Source: Octopus bimaculoides
Taxonomy: Eukaryota
NCBI RefSeq assembly: GCF_001194135.2
Contig: NC_068988.1
Location: 73,705,027 to 73,769,026, forward strand
Direction: 5' to 3'
DNA length: 64,000 nt
Shown here in pieces: positions 37,380 through 50,854 of the stretch. The position numbers and the translations under genes are program-made. A model generated the notes under the pieces. It saw only the letters and a list, made by a program, of their open reading frames with translations. It made no database searches and was not told where the DNA came from. The first letter of the stretch is position 1. Each line of letters opens with the position of its first letter.

Positions 37380-40104
37380 CTGGAACAATAAAATAAGATA
37401 TAATAACAATGTTATGATACAGCATAAAATTGGCAATGGACATCATCATCATCATCATTTTGAATGAGTTTTTCCATGTTGGCATGGGATGGACAAGCTT
37501 CTCCAGTACAGTATCTTGCTATTTGTTATATGGTCATTTGTCATCATCTATTTGTAGAATCCAATTATCCAACATCATAGGCCAAGAAAGAAGTTTCTAT
37601 GTGGTTGCTTGACCTGCTAAAATTAGCTTCCAAATATCCCACAAATTACACCCTCCTGTCTTAAAAAAAGGGACACAGTGGATAACAGAATCCTGGACTT
37701 ACAAAAGAGATGGGATGATCATATCTGGAAACCCTTTCATCATTGATCAAGAGCAGCCTGGAGGTTACCTTCACTTGGATTGTTTAGCACATCTTTACTC
37801 AGCCTCAGACATACTATATATCTGTACAGCACAGTCACCGAACTTGTATGTTGTTTCATCTACTACCGAAATTTTGTTTTTTATTATAGCTCATCTGTGA
37901 ACCGTCATTCTTGCATGTAAATGTTATACATCCACCAGAGCATACCTGCTTCATTTTTCCTTTCCAGCAAGCACACATTTTTCTCATTGAGTGCCCATGT
38001 TTCTACACATGGGCATCATACAACCTGCCCTGCACTTAGAGAAAGAAACCCTTTATTTCTTTCAGAATAGTCACCTGAACTTTTTCAACCCTACAACACC
38101 CATTGCAGCCTAATAAAGTCACCTAGGAATTAGAAGCTCTTGATAGTATTCAGTGATCTTCCTGGACAGTTTAAAAAATTCAGTTAACGAGTGCTCTTAC
38201 TACTACTAACTATTTTTGAGCACTCGTTACACAAACCTTCTTCACAGTATTAGTTTTTATTCAGTTACTGCTGTCCTAGATGGATGACCTTCACTACTAC
38301 TTGTCTCCTCTGTGATTAAGGCAGAACCTTTTGTTTTTTACACTGCTCAGTTTGTTCAGAGTACTCAACTTCCTAGATGGATTGCCTTCAATACAGCTTG
38401 GTAGTCACATCTTTCCATGATGGAGAGAGTAGATTTAGAGAGTTCTTAGTTTCTAAGAGGATGTAAAGGAAATGAGCAAAAACTGTTTCCATTATGAGAG
38501 AAGAGAGACTTGTAATGGTAGTCAGAAAATAACAGAGTCTCATTTCCCAGTTAGCTGGGAATTGAGGCTGTCGTCAATGATAGTGGGAGAATGTCTTTTT
38601 TTTCATTTGGACATTTGTTTTAAGAGATAAAGTCTTGTCAGATTCTAGCAAAATTGTTCAAGAATATTTCATGAACAAAATTGATTGATATTAATTCTGC
38701 AAACAGTAAATCTAGAATTTTTCTGAGTGAAAGTTCTAAATAAAAACAATAAATGTAAATATTGTTCACTTAGTTAATCTTTTCCCATCCATTTCTTGCA
38801 GTACTATAACATCTGATCTACACTTTACATCACTCAGTCATTCATCAATGACAGAAAGATGTTTTTCTTCATTTGGACACTCCTTTCATCAATGTTAAAG
38901 GTTTTTTTGGAAGCTAATGAAAATGTTCAAGAATATTAAACTTATATCCCATACTAAATCAACTCCAGTCTTCAAAGATTTTTTTGTGGCCAATATCTAT
39001 ACAATATCACCATCTTTATGCACACTTCATGCAGTTTGTCTTTTCACATGGTGAGAGAAGTTTCTTTTTAATTTTTAAGAAAAGTAATAGATCTTTGAAT
39101 GCTTCAACACACTTAGCAGATAGTTTCTGTTATTTAAATGATCTAAGAAAATATCTAAATAACAGAAACAATCTTAATACATTTAGTGAGCTTTCTAAGC
39201 AGTTCATGTACTTCATTTTATGGGTGATTCATGCCCCAAAGTCTGCTTAACATGGTTTCTACAGTTGAATGTTCTTCCTAATGCCAACCACTTCACAGTT
39301 TCTTTCATTGTGCTGCTTTTGTGGAACTAGTATTAATGATGTTACCATGAAGCTTGCAACACTAAAATTCTCTTTGACTAAATGGGGCTACAGTAGAGAA
39401 AGAGATAAGAAATACAGGTGCATAAGAAATTCAGGTATGAGTGTATGGGAAGAGTGAGATATGACTGGAGATAGGGAATGGGTGTGAGATGAATATAATG
39501 AAGGACAGTGTTGAGGGATGATAAGTAGAGATGATAAGAAAGAGTAGGTGGAAAAAAGAAACTGGGTAGGGTTGAGGGGTAGACATAGAGACTGGTGGAT
39601 AAGGAGTGAGAAGTGACCTTTGATACATGAGTTTGGGGAGATAGGGGAGAGTAAGAAATTAAATAATGCAGAAAGGAGAATAATAATAACTATTAAAGTC
39701 AGGGAGAGGATGAGAGAAAGAGTGGAAGAGATGACATATTCAGTAGGCTGCAAAGTGAGTGGGTGGAGAAGCAGGCATACTACATGAGAAGAGTGAAAAA
39801 TGTATAGTAGTGAAGAAGGAAAGACAATTTCATGGCTGAGGAGTATGATCAATATAAAATGTGGGTAGAAAGACAGTAATAAGAATAAAGGCTGGATATC
39901 AAGTGAAACTGTTCTGGTAGTGACCTTATGAAGTATGCAGTTCTGCTCACATTTAATAACAGCAACACAACACTGCAGGTTAAGAGATGATGGTTAGTAG
40001 GAGTGACATGAGGAGGAAATGGGGTGAGAGGAAATTGTGTGTTTGTGTGTGTGTGTGTGTACACACACACACACACATTGTGCTTCCAGAATCTCAGTTT
40101 CACT

Positions 40105-42170
40105 GAGATGGGCGGGTTGACATCTCACCTCATTCTAGTTCTTCCCCTGGAGACCTGGAGATCTGGACCAAACCTGACTAAGCTATCGGATGTATTGGAC
40201 CATACGGACCTATCTCTAAAGGCGCTGAGTTGCAGGCCTAATTTTCTTTTGTTGATTTTTGCCCTTGTCACTGCCTCATACTCCCTTAGAGCAGTGCTGA
40301 TCAGGTCTATGTACCTGGTGTTCAACACTATGGGGGTGACATGGTTCTCCATGTCCTAGTTCATGTAGAATGCCCCTTAATGCCTCCGGTTTCTGCAGTA
40401 GTGGTTCTGGAGTGAGCACATACAGAAGAGACAGAGACAACTTTCACAGACCAAGCACATGACACTGAATGGTTCCAATAGGTGAGAATTTACTCACACT
40501 ACCAAACAAACATTGCAGTACATTGCAGCAATCTGGGCATGGGAGATGGGACCAAAAACAGTTGCCATGAGAACAGCTGTCAAGTATTGGTGGTTGACCC
40601 TATCAAAAGCTTTTGATTGATCCAAATTGATCAGAGCCCCACTCACTCCAGGTTCATTACCCAGCCTTTCTATAATGTATCACATGAGGTGGAGCATATT
40701 GTAGATAAATCTGCTTGGGATGGTGCATATTGCCAATCAGTCCCTCAACAAGTGCCAACTTCTTCATTAACACTTATGTCAGAATTTTGAAATCTGCATT
40801 TAACAAAATTATAAGCCTAAAACTATTTATTTGATCCCTTTTGTTTGGGTCCTTTCTCAGTAGTGCTATGGCTTTTGGTTCATAGAACTAGGAATTCTCC
40901 CATTCTACAACTTGTAAATATCTGCCAAGAGACCTCCAAGCATGTGACATATAAATATAAATTTATATGTTGTAGGATAGACCATCCAAACCAGGAAATT
41001 TGCCTCACTCACACCTCCTGCAGCCAATCTTGTATGTTCATGGTTGTTTTCAATTTTGCACAACACTGCTTCACTTGCCAAGAGTTGCAATAGACCATCA
41101 AAGTAGGTACTAAAGTCCATCCAGTGTTCCAGTTCCCCAATTGTTCCAAACAGTTGTATGAAGAGCTGCTCAAGTAACATGCACCCATTTTGGTCACCAA
41201 AGACCAAATCAAGGCTTTGTTGTCATGTTGTGCTCCTACTGCTTGGGCACATTAAGTGGCTTTCATTCTCTTGCGTCCTAGAGCAAAACAACTCAGACTT
41301 CCTGCTTAGCAATGAAGAATTGGTTAAAGGCTAATCTTTCTGCAGGCACATCAGATGTAATGCCTTTCCTAAGCGCCTCTTCAAAGTTTCTATTTTCTAC
41401 TGTTTTCTTCTATCGTTACTGCCTTACTAAACCCAATTGATTCTATTCTAATCACCTTTTCTGGTGCAAGCTACCATTTGTTGCTGACAACTGACCCCCC
41501 TCCCATCAATGCCCACTTAACTAATTCGTTAATTCAATCTCTGTAACATTAGTACACCAGGAGTGATACATTCATATAACTGGGTCCCTGCCTTCAGGGG
41601 CCTATCTAGGTTGACTGTACAAATCACAAATTTGTGGTTTGTGTAGTAGGAAATTTTAAATAGTGAACAACCCATGCCATCTTTAACTACAAATGTATAA
41701 AATACTCCATCTAGATACGACCTTAATGACCCAATGTGGTTTTTCCATGTCCACATTGGCACATTTGGGAAATTCAGTGCGTACCTGTCAGACAATCAGA
41801 AATGTCAGAAGAGGCTGGGAAAGGCTCTTACACCCTTCTTCTATCAGCTAGCCCTGTACAATCCAAATGTGGATCGAAGATGGCATTCCAGTCACCCACT
41901 AGCACTAAATATTGGGACACACCCTGGAAAAACCCCAGATGCCTAAAGAAATTCAACTGTCATGCCCCTGTCAGAGCATAAACAGCTTACTAGTTGGAAG
42001 TGACCTCCTTCACTACTGTTCCCATTCAGGACCATCAACTTACCTTCTGGGTCCATGAAAATGTTCTGTACCATGAGATACATACCTGAAATAATACTGC
42101 AGTTTCCCCACCCCACCCCTATTCCCAATTGACATGGAAATAAACAATCTTGTACTCACTGAAAATGAAT
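40105..42170 (-). mobile_element. Decayed L1/Tx1-like ORF2 fragments (RT 40105-40830, endonuclease about 41620-42170) with a probable RTE-like piece between
   Basis: SKAFDRVNHQYL near 40600. ORF 40125-40352 IDLISTALREYEAVTRAKIN...FGPDLQ follows the RT catalytic region. The middle fragment is only weakly recognisable. Confidence 0.6.
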
Positions 42171-42827
42171 ATTTCACTTTGGCCACCGCATCTGAGGTCA
42201 TTGAGCAGGTGGTCCTGTTTCCAAGACAACCTGGCATTCCCATTGCTTATTCTAAATAAGGTTATGTTTGGCAGCAGAGGAGGAGGGTGAAAGGAATCTG
42301 TGGAGGAACAGATGTTTCATTCCTCATATAGCAGAGTATTTCCAAAATCAGTTCTTTTGTTCCAAGAGCTGTCATCTCCTTTGATTTGAGAAACCATGTT
42401 TTTTTGTTTTAAAATATTGAATTTTGCCAATTTAAGTTCCTAAATTCATGAATATTTCACAGAGCCAACTCACTGCAGGGAAAGCAAGTTGGTTTATTAA
42501 ATTTGATAGTACAAGAATACAAATAACAATCTTTGAAACAACAAAATTAAACAAAACTCATAAATTTTGGACAGATGTTGTTCCTTTCCTCCTCCTTCTC
42601 CTTCTGTAACAATAACAACAATTTCAAATTTTGGCACAAGGCCAGCAATTTCGAGGGAAGGGATAAGTTAATTACATTATTTTATTGACCTCCGAAAGAA
42701 TGAAAGGCAAAGTAGACCTAAACAGAATTTGAACTCAGATCACAAAGATGGATGAAATGCAACTAAGCATTTTGCCTGCCATGCTAATGGTTTTGCCAGC
42801 TCACCACCGAACAATGATGATGATGAT

Positions 42828-43378
42828 GATGCTCTGATGCAGCACCAGGCAATGGCTCTCATGGTTTCTGATCTTAATTGATAGGAAGTATTAACATGTA
42901 CATGCTTTGTCTTGGTTTAAAAGATGGGCTACAGCAAATATTCTGCTTAATATCACAGATGTGCTTGTCAGTTGTTTGACCTTAACCAGTTGAGCATGTC
43001 CCTTGGTGACTGATAGTATATCCATCTCTGATCATGTGCAGGAGTAGTGGGGAAGCATCACAGCCACATGTTAGGAGGAATTCTTTGGGACTTGAATAAT
43101 TCACCTCTGGAAACATGAGTGTTTCATTCATCATCCTTAAACAACCCTTATTCAGGGACCTTTTGAGTGGGATGGGCTACTTGACCTAAGAAAATTCTAA
43201 CTGGCTCCACCTGCAAGATCATGTGTTGTTCATCTTGATATGAGGTTACCATGTTGTGTACATATGGTTGTGATGCATATGCCTGGTGTACCTTTATCAG
43301 ATAGGTGGTCATGATAGGTATACTGGGCTCCGAATATTTGTACCCATGTTGCTTTGATGGCATGCACTGCTCCCTCAT

Positions 43379-43438
<60 letters not shown>

Positions 43439-43992
43439 TATGCCCTGATGCAGTACCAAGCAGTGGCTTTCATGGCTTCTCATCTTAACTGATTGGAAGT
43501 GTTATCATGGACATTGTGTTGTATTGGTATAAAAGGTGGGCTACAGCAAATATTCTGCTCAATACCACAGATTTGCTTGTCAGTTGTTTAGCCTTAACCA
43601 GTTGAGCATGTCCCTTAGTGCATCTCTGATCACGAGCAGAGGTAGTGGGGGAACATTATAGCCATGTGTTGAAAGGAATTCTTTGGGATCTGGATAATTC
43701 ACCTTTGGAAACATGGGTATTTCGTTCAACATCCTTAACCCTTATTCAGGGACCTTTTGAGTGGGATGGGCTACTCGGCCTGAAGAAAATTTTAACTAAG
43801 CCCCATTTGCAAAGTCATGCACTGTTAATCTTGATATGAGATCACCATATCATGTATATATGGTTGCAACGCATGTGCCTGGTGTACCCTTATCAGACAG
43901 GTAGTCATGATGGGTATACTGGGCTTCATATATTTTACCCCAGTGTCACTGCTCTCTCACTCAATAATAATGATAATAATAATATTAATAAT
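42828..43992 (+). repeat. Two head-to-tail copies of a 550-600 bp (TAA)n-tailed interspersed repeat; a third partial copy at 45313-45655
   Basis: Copies start atgc(t/c)ctga at about 42828, 43440 and 45313. They share ttgtcagttg..ttaaccagttgagcatgtccctt and gggaccttttgagtgggatgggctact, and end in aataataat runs. Confidence 0.85.
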
Positions 43993-44177
43993 AGGATTAT
44001 GACATTGGTACTTGGGTGTGGAATGTCATCATCATCAAATTCATTTAATGTCCATTGTCCATGCTGGCATGGATTGGACAGTTTGACACTAGAAGGCTGC
44101 GCCAGGCTCCAATCTGATTTGGCATGGTTTTCTATGGCTGGATGCCCTTCCTAACGCCAAACACTCCAAGAGTGGTT

Positions 44178-45149
44178 GCAATGAATTACGAAATTCAATA
44201 TGTAAATGTTAAGTATTCTTTAATACATTATAATCAAAGGACTCATAATTGCCAGAACCGTTTCACATTTCCACACTTTCTGCTAGTAATTCAACCTTGC
44301 TTTATCTTAAATGCGTGTATACATACACACACACACATATGTATGCATATATAAGAATGTGTATGTGTGTAAATAGGGAACATCTTTTCTTTCAAACATA
44401 TTACCATCAAGATATGAGTATAATTAATCTTATCTGCTTAGCAAGAGGATCAGAGAATACTCATTGTCATAAATATAATAGTTAATGCCAGGTTTAAAAA
44501 TCATGCAATAGTTAAGTCTAATGGGCTTCATAATTTAGTTTACATGTGATGTATTAGAGTGTTGAATTTTGATTTGATTTTACTTCTAAATTTTTTTTTG
44601 GGGGGGGGGGTGACATTCCTATACAAAGATATACTGCCATTGACTACTTTTTCAATTTTGTTCCTTATGTATAAGAGGTACCAGATGTAATGTGCAAGAG
44701 AGAAAGCTAAGCTGGTATGGGCATATGATTGTGTATGGATGAAGACAGCTGCATAAAGAAGTGCCAATCTCTAATTGTGGAAGAAGTAGACCCAGGAGGG
44801 CATGGGATCATCATCATCATCATCATCATCATTTAACGTCCATTATCCATGCTGGCATGGGTTGGACGGTTTGACCAAGGCTGGTGAGATGGAAGGCTGC
44901 ACCAGACTCCAGTCTGATTTGGCATGATTTTCTATGGCTGGATGCCTTTCTTAAGGCCAATCACTCCAAGAGTATAATGGGTACTTTTACATGCCACCAG
45001 CATGGATGCCATTTGCATGACACCAGTATCTGCCACAACTGATAGGCCTCCTTTTCAAGCACGACAAAATGCCAAAGGTCTTGTTCATTGCCTCTGTGAG
45101 GCCCAACACTCAAAAGAAACTCAGCCACTTTGCCTCCATGGGGCCCAAC
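44178..45149. repeat. Uninterrupted paralog of 512-4140, including the RTE tail at the same junction
   Basis: See 512-4140; the RTE tail starts after gcatgg(a/g)atcatcatc in both copies. Confidence 0.9.
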
Positions 45150-45277
45150 ATAGTGAACAACCAATTATCAAAGTTTATGATGTGTGGAAAGAGACGCTGT
45201 GAGACCTCTGACAACAGGCTGCTGTCCACTTTCACAGAATCAACCAGAGCAAACAAGACTGAGTGCTCTGAGAATAA

Positions 45278-45317
<40 letters not shown>

Positions 45318-45957
45318 GCTCTGAAGAAATATCAGGCAGTGGCTCCCATGGCTTCTGATCTTAACTGATTGGAAGTGCTCACATGCACATGTTTTTTCTT
45401 GGTGTAAGATGGACTACGGCAAGTATTTTGTTCAATATCACAGATTTGCTTGTCAGTTGCTTAATCTTAACCAGCATGTCCTTTAGTGTCTGACAATATA
45501 TGCATGTTTGATCATGAGCAAGAGTAGTGAGAAGAGCATCACAGCTAGGTATTGGGAGGAATTGTTTGGAGTTTGCATGATTCACCTTGGAAACAAGGGT
45601 GTTTCATTCATCATCCTTAAACAACCTTTATTTTGGGATCTTTTGAGTGGGACTATTATTATTTAATGCCATAAGGTGGTAAGCTGGCAGAATCATTTAC
45701 ATATTGGACAAAATGCTTTGCAGCAATTCGTCCGTCTTTGCATTCTGGGTTCAAATTCTGTTATAGTCAACTTTTGCCTTTCATCTTTTTGGGAGCGATA
45801 AAATAAGTACCAGTCATTCACTGAACTTGATATAATTAACTAGTGCCCTCAATACAAATTTTCAGGCTTTATGCATATAGTAGAAAAAATTATCATTTAA
45901 CGTCATTCCTGGAGTTATTCATTTCTATATTAAATATTAATATAATAATAAACTTAC

Positions 45958-45973
45958 CTGGTCCCCAAAAGTG
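45958..45973 (-). CDS. MPC1: Mitochondrial pyruvate carrier 1, 16-nt micro-exon CACTTTTGGGGACCAG (HFWGP+G)
   Basis: tttttttttcttttgtag|CACTTTTGGGGACCAG|gtaagt supplies exactly the invariant HFWGP missing from the 81-nt exon, in the correct phase. Confidence 0.95.
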
Positions 45974-47569
45974 CTACAAAAGAAAAAAAAATTCCTGAAT
46001 ATATATTAAAATGATTTTAAGTGGTAGAAACAATTCAAAACTTCTTGAGAAACTGATAGTCAAAGATGATGACTACTTAAATATGAAATAATTAATAGGA
46101 GTCTAATAAAAGCATTTTATACATGTATGGATAGCACAAATAATCATATTTATAAATTAAAAAATAAAAATAAAGATATTTTGAATATATGTTATATCAA
46201 AACAGTCTTTGAAAACGTTCTAAGAAATTTTCTAAGCATACTGAAGAAAAGAAAAAGCAATATCTATAAGATAGCAAGGAATGTTCAATTTCTTGCTATC
46301 TTATAGATATTGCTTTTTCTTTCACTAAACTTATAAATAACAATGAATATCATCAGTTTAGTAGACACAAATTATGAAGCTACATGCTGCCATTGAACAA
46401 ACTATTCAAAAAGATGAGTAACTGGATTATTATATCCCCACAGAAAACAAAACAATAAAGTTGAGAAAATGATATAACACAACTCTTTATTCAGCCACCT
46501 CCCTGACACTTTTTCACCTGACATGTATCATGCTATTTTTTTGACAACTTCTCTCCCACATTTTAATTCCTCTCACATCATATATCTCCTATACTACTCA
46601 TACCATTGCACACTAGTTGTCTTCTCTCCTTTTGTCTCCCTGCATCTACCCCTCAATATCATCCCACATTTTTTTATAATTTGTAATTTTGCAACTTGAG
46701 ATATTTATATCTTGTCTCTCTCCAAAGGGGCATCTGAAACATTAGACTTCACATCATGAAATATATCCAACTGTTTGAATTATTTGTATTAACTTTTTGC
46801 CAACACAGAACAGTCAGGACATTTGTCTCTCAGTTACGTATATGCAATGAACTTTATTTGACTGTTTTATTATTTCACTAATTTTTCTTTAGCCAACCTT
46901 TGCTATTGATTACAAGGATAATCCAATATAAAGTCACAAACCTTTAAACTGTAAGGTCTTCCCTTCATTCTCATCACTTTCCCTCCTCCTTTACTCACTC
47001 TGTCCCTTTCCTTTCTTTTTCTTTCTTTCTCACCCCTCCCTAATTCTTCAATCCCTCTGCTCCCTACTTCTCTCCTCTCCTTCCATGTGACCAGTGTTCT
47101 GCCAAGCTTGACGTTTCCTTCTTGATTCAACTACCATCCGTATAAGATTCTTTCCCATGACTTATATCTCTTATTTTCCTACCGTAAGGCTTCACTTCTA
47201 CACACACTGGTTTAATTTAATTCATCCTTAGTCGAAAGACACCTGTTGTTAATGTCCTGTTGTTTGCATTTGTAATTGTGTACTATTTTTCCATTTTTTT
47301 CGTCCTTGTTTTCGTATACATTTGCTTGCTTTCTTCCAAATAATCTAGTGTTCTTAACTTAGATTTTCTTAGGGCTGGCCAGACTGGAGCAGTCTCAAGT
47401 GTAACTGGCCAAAACTGCAACAACGATCTGGAACACGACTGATGACAGAAAGCTCCAAATGACCTGTCCTTGTCTTTTCCTGTCTTTTTTTGTATCGCCT
47501 AACTGCCCAGATGTTTTGTTGTCGCCTGTTACATCCTTGTTCCATTTTTTGATTTGTTTATATATAATA

Positions 47570-48443
47570 TAGGGGGCAGTGAATAAACTGTCATCTAAAT
47601 TACGCAAAAATGAAAATAACACTGACATCTCATTTTAAGAGATATATTGACCAAAATTACATAAAAATATCTTGAAATACTAAAGAGTAAATTGACTCAA
47701 TAAAATCACCATTGGCTTCAACCATGGCCTCCACACGACTTCAGAATCTCCTGCAACTCTTCTGGATGGTCTCCTTGTTTAAGTTGGTGAATGCTGCCAT
47801 AATCCTTGCTTTCAGTTCATCCTTGGTGTCACAAGAAGTTTTGTTGGTCTCTCACCCAACTGTGCCCCACACATAATAATCAAGGGGGTTGCAGTCTGGG
47901 GAGTTAGGTGGCCAGATGTTAGGGGTGCTGTGGTTAAAGAAATTGTATGGCAGCCATGACTGGGTTCTCCTGCTTGTGTGGCATGGTGCAGAGTTTTGTT
48001 GTCAGACATAGGGTCTTTCAGCATCCACCCTCTTGACCCAGAGCAGCACTACCTCCACCAGGCACTGGATGTAGGCCTCTGTGTTGTGTCTAAATCCATG
48101 TGGGGAGATGAATGAAGGCATAACGTCGCCATCACTAGTGATCACTCCAAACACCATGATGTTGACTGGATGCTTGATTTTTATCACTTTCAGATTGCAC
48201 TGTCCTCAGATTGACACCAGAACACTCTGAAATGTTCATATTGGAGCTTCCAGCATCAATGCCCAGAGTACAGCATGTCATTTCCAAATTTCTAGCAGAG
48301 TGAAATGCATCATAGTGGTGTTTTCCTCACAGACGTTGCCCAACTGACCCTACTAAACTGTGTAGTTGACAAAATCAAAAACAAACAATGCGCAGGCACA
48401 AAATTAAAAATATACAATGGCAAATAATTTACTCACTGCACCC

Positions 48444-48445
<2 letters not shown>
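47570..48445 (-). mobile_element. Internally deleted Tc1/mariner-superfamily transposon
   Basis: TIR-like ends agggggcagtgaataaact and aatttactcactgcaccctg. Remnant KHPVNIMVFGVITSDGDVMP, and in another frame WPPNSPDCNPLDYYVWG (47865-47915). Confidence 0.85.
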
Positions 48446-48477
<32 letters not shown>

Positions 48478-48563
48478 AGGATAAGATCATTATTTAAAAT
48501 ACTGATCCTATCAGGTGGCCAGCATGGGAATAAAAACCTCAAAAGGTAATAATTATTATTAAA

Positions 48564-48880
48564 ATTATAATTAAGAGGATCTAGGAGATACCACCATGCT
48601 TGAAATAACAGCCAAAACTTGACTCTAAAACCACATTAAATGATCATACAGCACCAGGAGAGAACACAAAAAGACAAAATAAACTAGTTTCTTAGGCTGT
48701 CCAGACTGGAGCAGTCTCGAACATAACTGGTCGAAACTGCAACAACTGCCCCAAGAAACTAGTTTATATTGTCTTTTTGTCTTCTCTCCTGGTGCTCTAT
48801 GAACATTTAATGTGGTTTTAGAGTCAAGTTTTGGCTGCTGTTTCAAGCATTGTGGTATCTCTTAGATACCCTTAATTATA

Positions 48881-48882
<2 letters not shown>
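48564..48882. repeat. Fold-back element (arms about 133 bp, loop about 52 nt)
   Basis: attataattaag...aaactagtttcttagg mirrored by cccaagaaactagttt...cttaattataat, roughly 90% identical by eye. Confidence 0.9.
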
Positions 48883-48921
<39 letters not shown>

Positions 48922-48923
<2 letters not shown>

Positions 48924-50635
48924 CCAATCCTTTATTTGGTGGCCAATGAGGAAACTAAGGATAGATGAATGGTTAGTGAGAGCTGTACAAGCTATGTACA
49001 GGGATGCTGTCAGTAGGGTGAGGGTTGGCAACGAGTATAGTGAAGAATTCTGGGTAGGAGTAGGGGTCCACCAAGGATCAGTCCTCAGCCCCCTCTTATT
49101 CATCATAGTCCTCCAGACAATAACAGAGGAATTCAAGACAGGATGCCTCTGGGAGCTTCTCTATGTTGATGACCTTGCTCTAAATGCTGAGTCACTATCA
49201 GAACTAGAGGAGAAGTTTCAGGTGTGGAAGCAAGGATTAGAATCGAAGGGCCTTAGAGTCAACCTAGCTAAAACCAAAGTCTTAATAAGTAGGAAAGGCA
49301 GACAAATGACAAATCCCTTCAGGTAGATGGCCCTGCTCGATCTGTAGAAAAGGTGTAGGCAGAAACTCCATAAGATGTACCTATTGTAAGCTATGGACAC
49401 ATAAGAGGTGCAGCAATATCAAAGGAAGGCTAACTGGAAAGATAGTTTTTGTATGTGGCAAATACTCAGGAGCAATAAACACTGAAAATGTGCAGAAAAC
49501 AACTTCTGTCACATGTCAGGGGGAAAAACTAGAAGTAGTTGATAGCTCCCATTACCTGGGTGACCAAGTCAGCAGTGGGGGTGGATGCTCTGAGAGTGTA
49601 GCTGCTAGAATAAGAATAGCCTGGACAAAGTCCAGAGAGTCCCTACCTCTGCTGGTAACAAAGGGCCTCTCACTCAGAGTAAAATGTAGACAGTATGACG
49701 CATGTGTATGAACAGTCATGCTACATGGCAGTGAAACATGGGCCGTGACTGCTAAGGACATGCGTAAGCTTGCAAGGAATGAAGCCAGTGTGCTCCGCTG
49801 GATGAGTAATGTCAGCGTGCATACACAACAGAGTGTAAGCACCCTAAGAAAAAAGTTGGACATAAGAAGCATCAGATGTGGTGTGCAAGAGAGACGACTG
49901 TGCTGGTATAGTCATGTGTTGCATATGGATGAGGACAGCTGTGTGAAAAAGTGTCACACCCAAGCAGTAGAGGAAGGAGTAGATCCAAAAGGACCTAGGA
50001 TGAGGTGGTGAAGCACGACCTTCGAACACTGGGCCTCAAGAAGGTGATAACAAGTGACTGAGACTTTGGAGATATGATGTGCTTGAGAAGACCCAGCAAG
50101 CCAAGTGAGACTGTAACTGTGGCCTATGCCAGTGCAGCATAACCAGCCCATTTAAGAGTACCCTTCAATCATTGAGCAATAAACTGCGCTTGCAAAGACC
50201 TGTTGAGTCAAGTGAAGTCATTGTTGTGGCTGATGCCAGTACCACCTGATTGGCACCCATGCCGGTGGCACATACAAAGTACCAATTTGTGTGTGGTCAT
50301 TGCCAGTGCCACCTGACTGGTCCTGTGCCAGTGGCACATAAAAAGCACCATTCGAGCATGGTCGTTACCAGTCCCACCTGACTGGCTTCCATGCTGGTGG
50401 CACATAAGCACCATTCAAATGTGGTCAATGCCAGTACCACCTGACTGGCCTTCGTGCCAGTGGCATGTAAAAAGCACCACTACACTTTCAGAGTGGTTGG
50501 CGTGAGGAAGGGCATCCAGCTGTAGAAACTTTGCCAGATCAGATTGTAGCCTGGTTCAGCTTTCTGGCTTGCCAGCCCTCAGTCAAAGTATCCAAAGCAT
50601 GGAAAGCAGACATTAAATGACAATGATGATGATGA
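48922..50635 (+). mobile_element. 5'-truncated RTE-clade LINE with complete 3' end and about 60-bp tandem repeats in the 3' UTR
   Basis: ORFs 48850-49326, 49490-49711 and 49718-50011 (GVHQGSVLSPLLF, LLYVDDL); GAT tail at about 50630; follows a (GA)n tract. Confidence 0.95.
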
Positions 50636-50691
50636 AATAGAAAATTTCTATTTGTAAATCTCTCAATGAGAGATATTCAGTAACAATATTC

Positions 50692-50822
50692 TAGGGTAAA
50701 GATTATTTGCCAACATAATGTGTTGTCCTGGTTTAGGACGAATGTTACCGTTATTTAGCCCCAGGAAACATCATCTGGTGACCAGGACTGCCACATTATG
50801 TTGGCAAATAATCTTTACTCTA
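50692..50822. mobile_element. Small MITE with about 40-bp TIRs and TA flanks
   Basis: tagggtaaagattatttgccaacataatgtg..gtcctggt versus accaggactgccacattatgttggcaaataatctttactcta. Confidence 0.8.
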
Positions 50823-50854
50823 TATAACATATATATTACATATGTATTCTTTTA

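Noticed and set aside
43148-43483. Poly-Tyr ORF; also poly-Ile, His-Thr and Arg-Glu repeat ORFs elsewhere
   Set aside because: Translations of (TAA)n, (CA)n, (TA)n and (GA)n microsatellites.
50225-50470. Regularly spaced repeats resembling a CRISPR array (also 4030-4140)
   Set aside because: Whole units are repeated with no unique spacers; they are minisatellites in the RTE 3' UTR of a eukaryotic genome.
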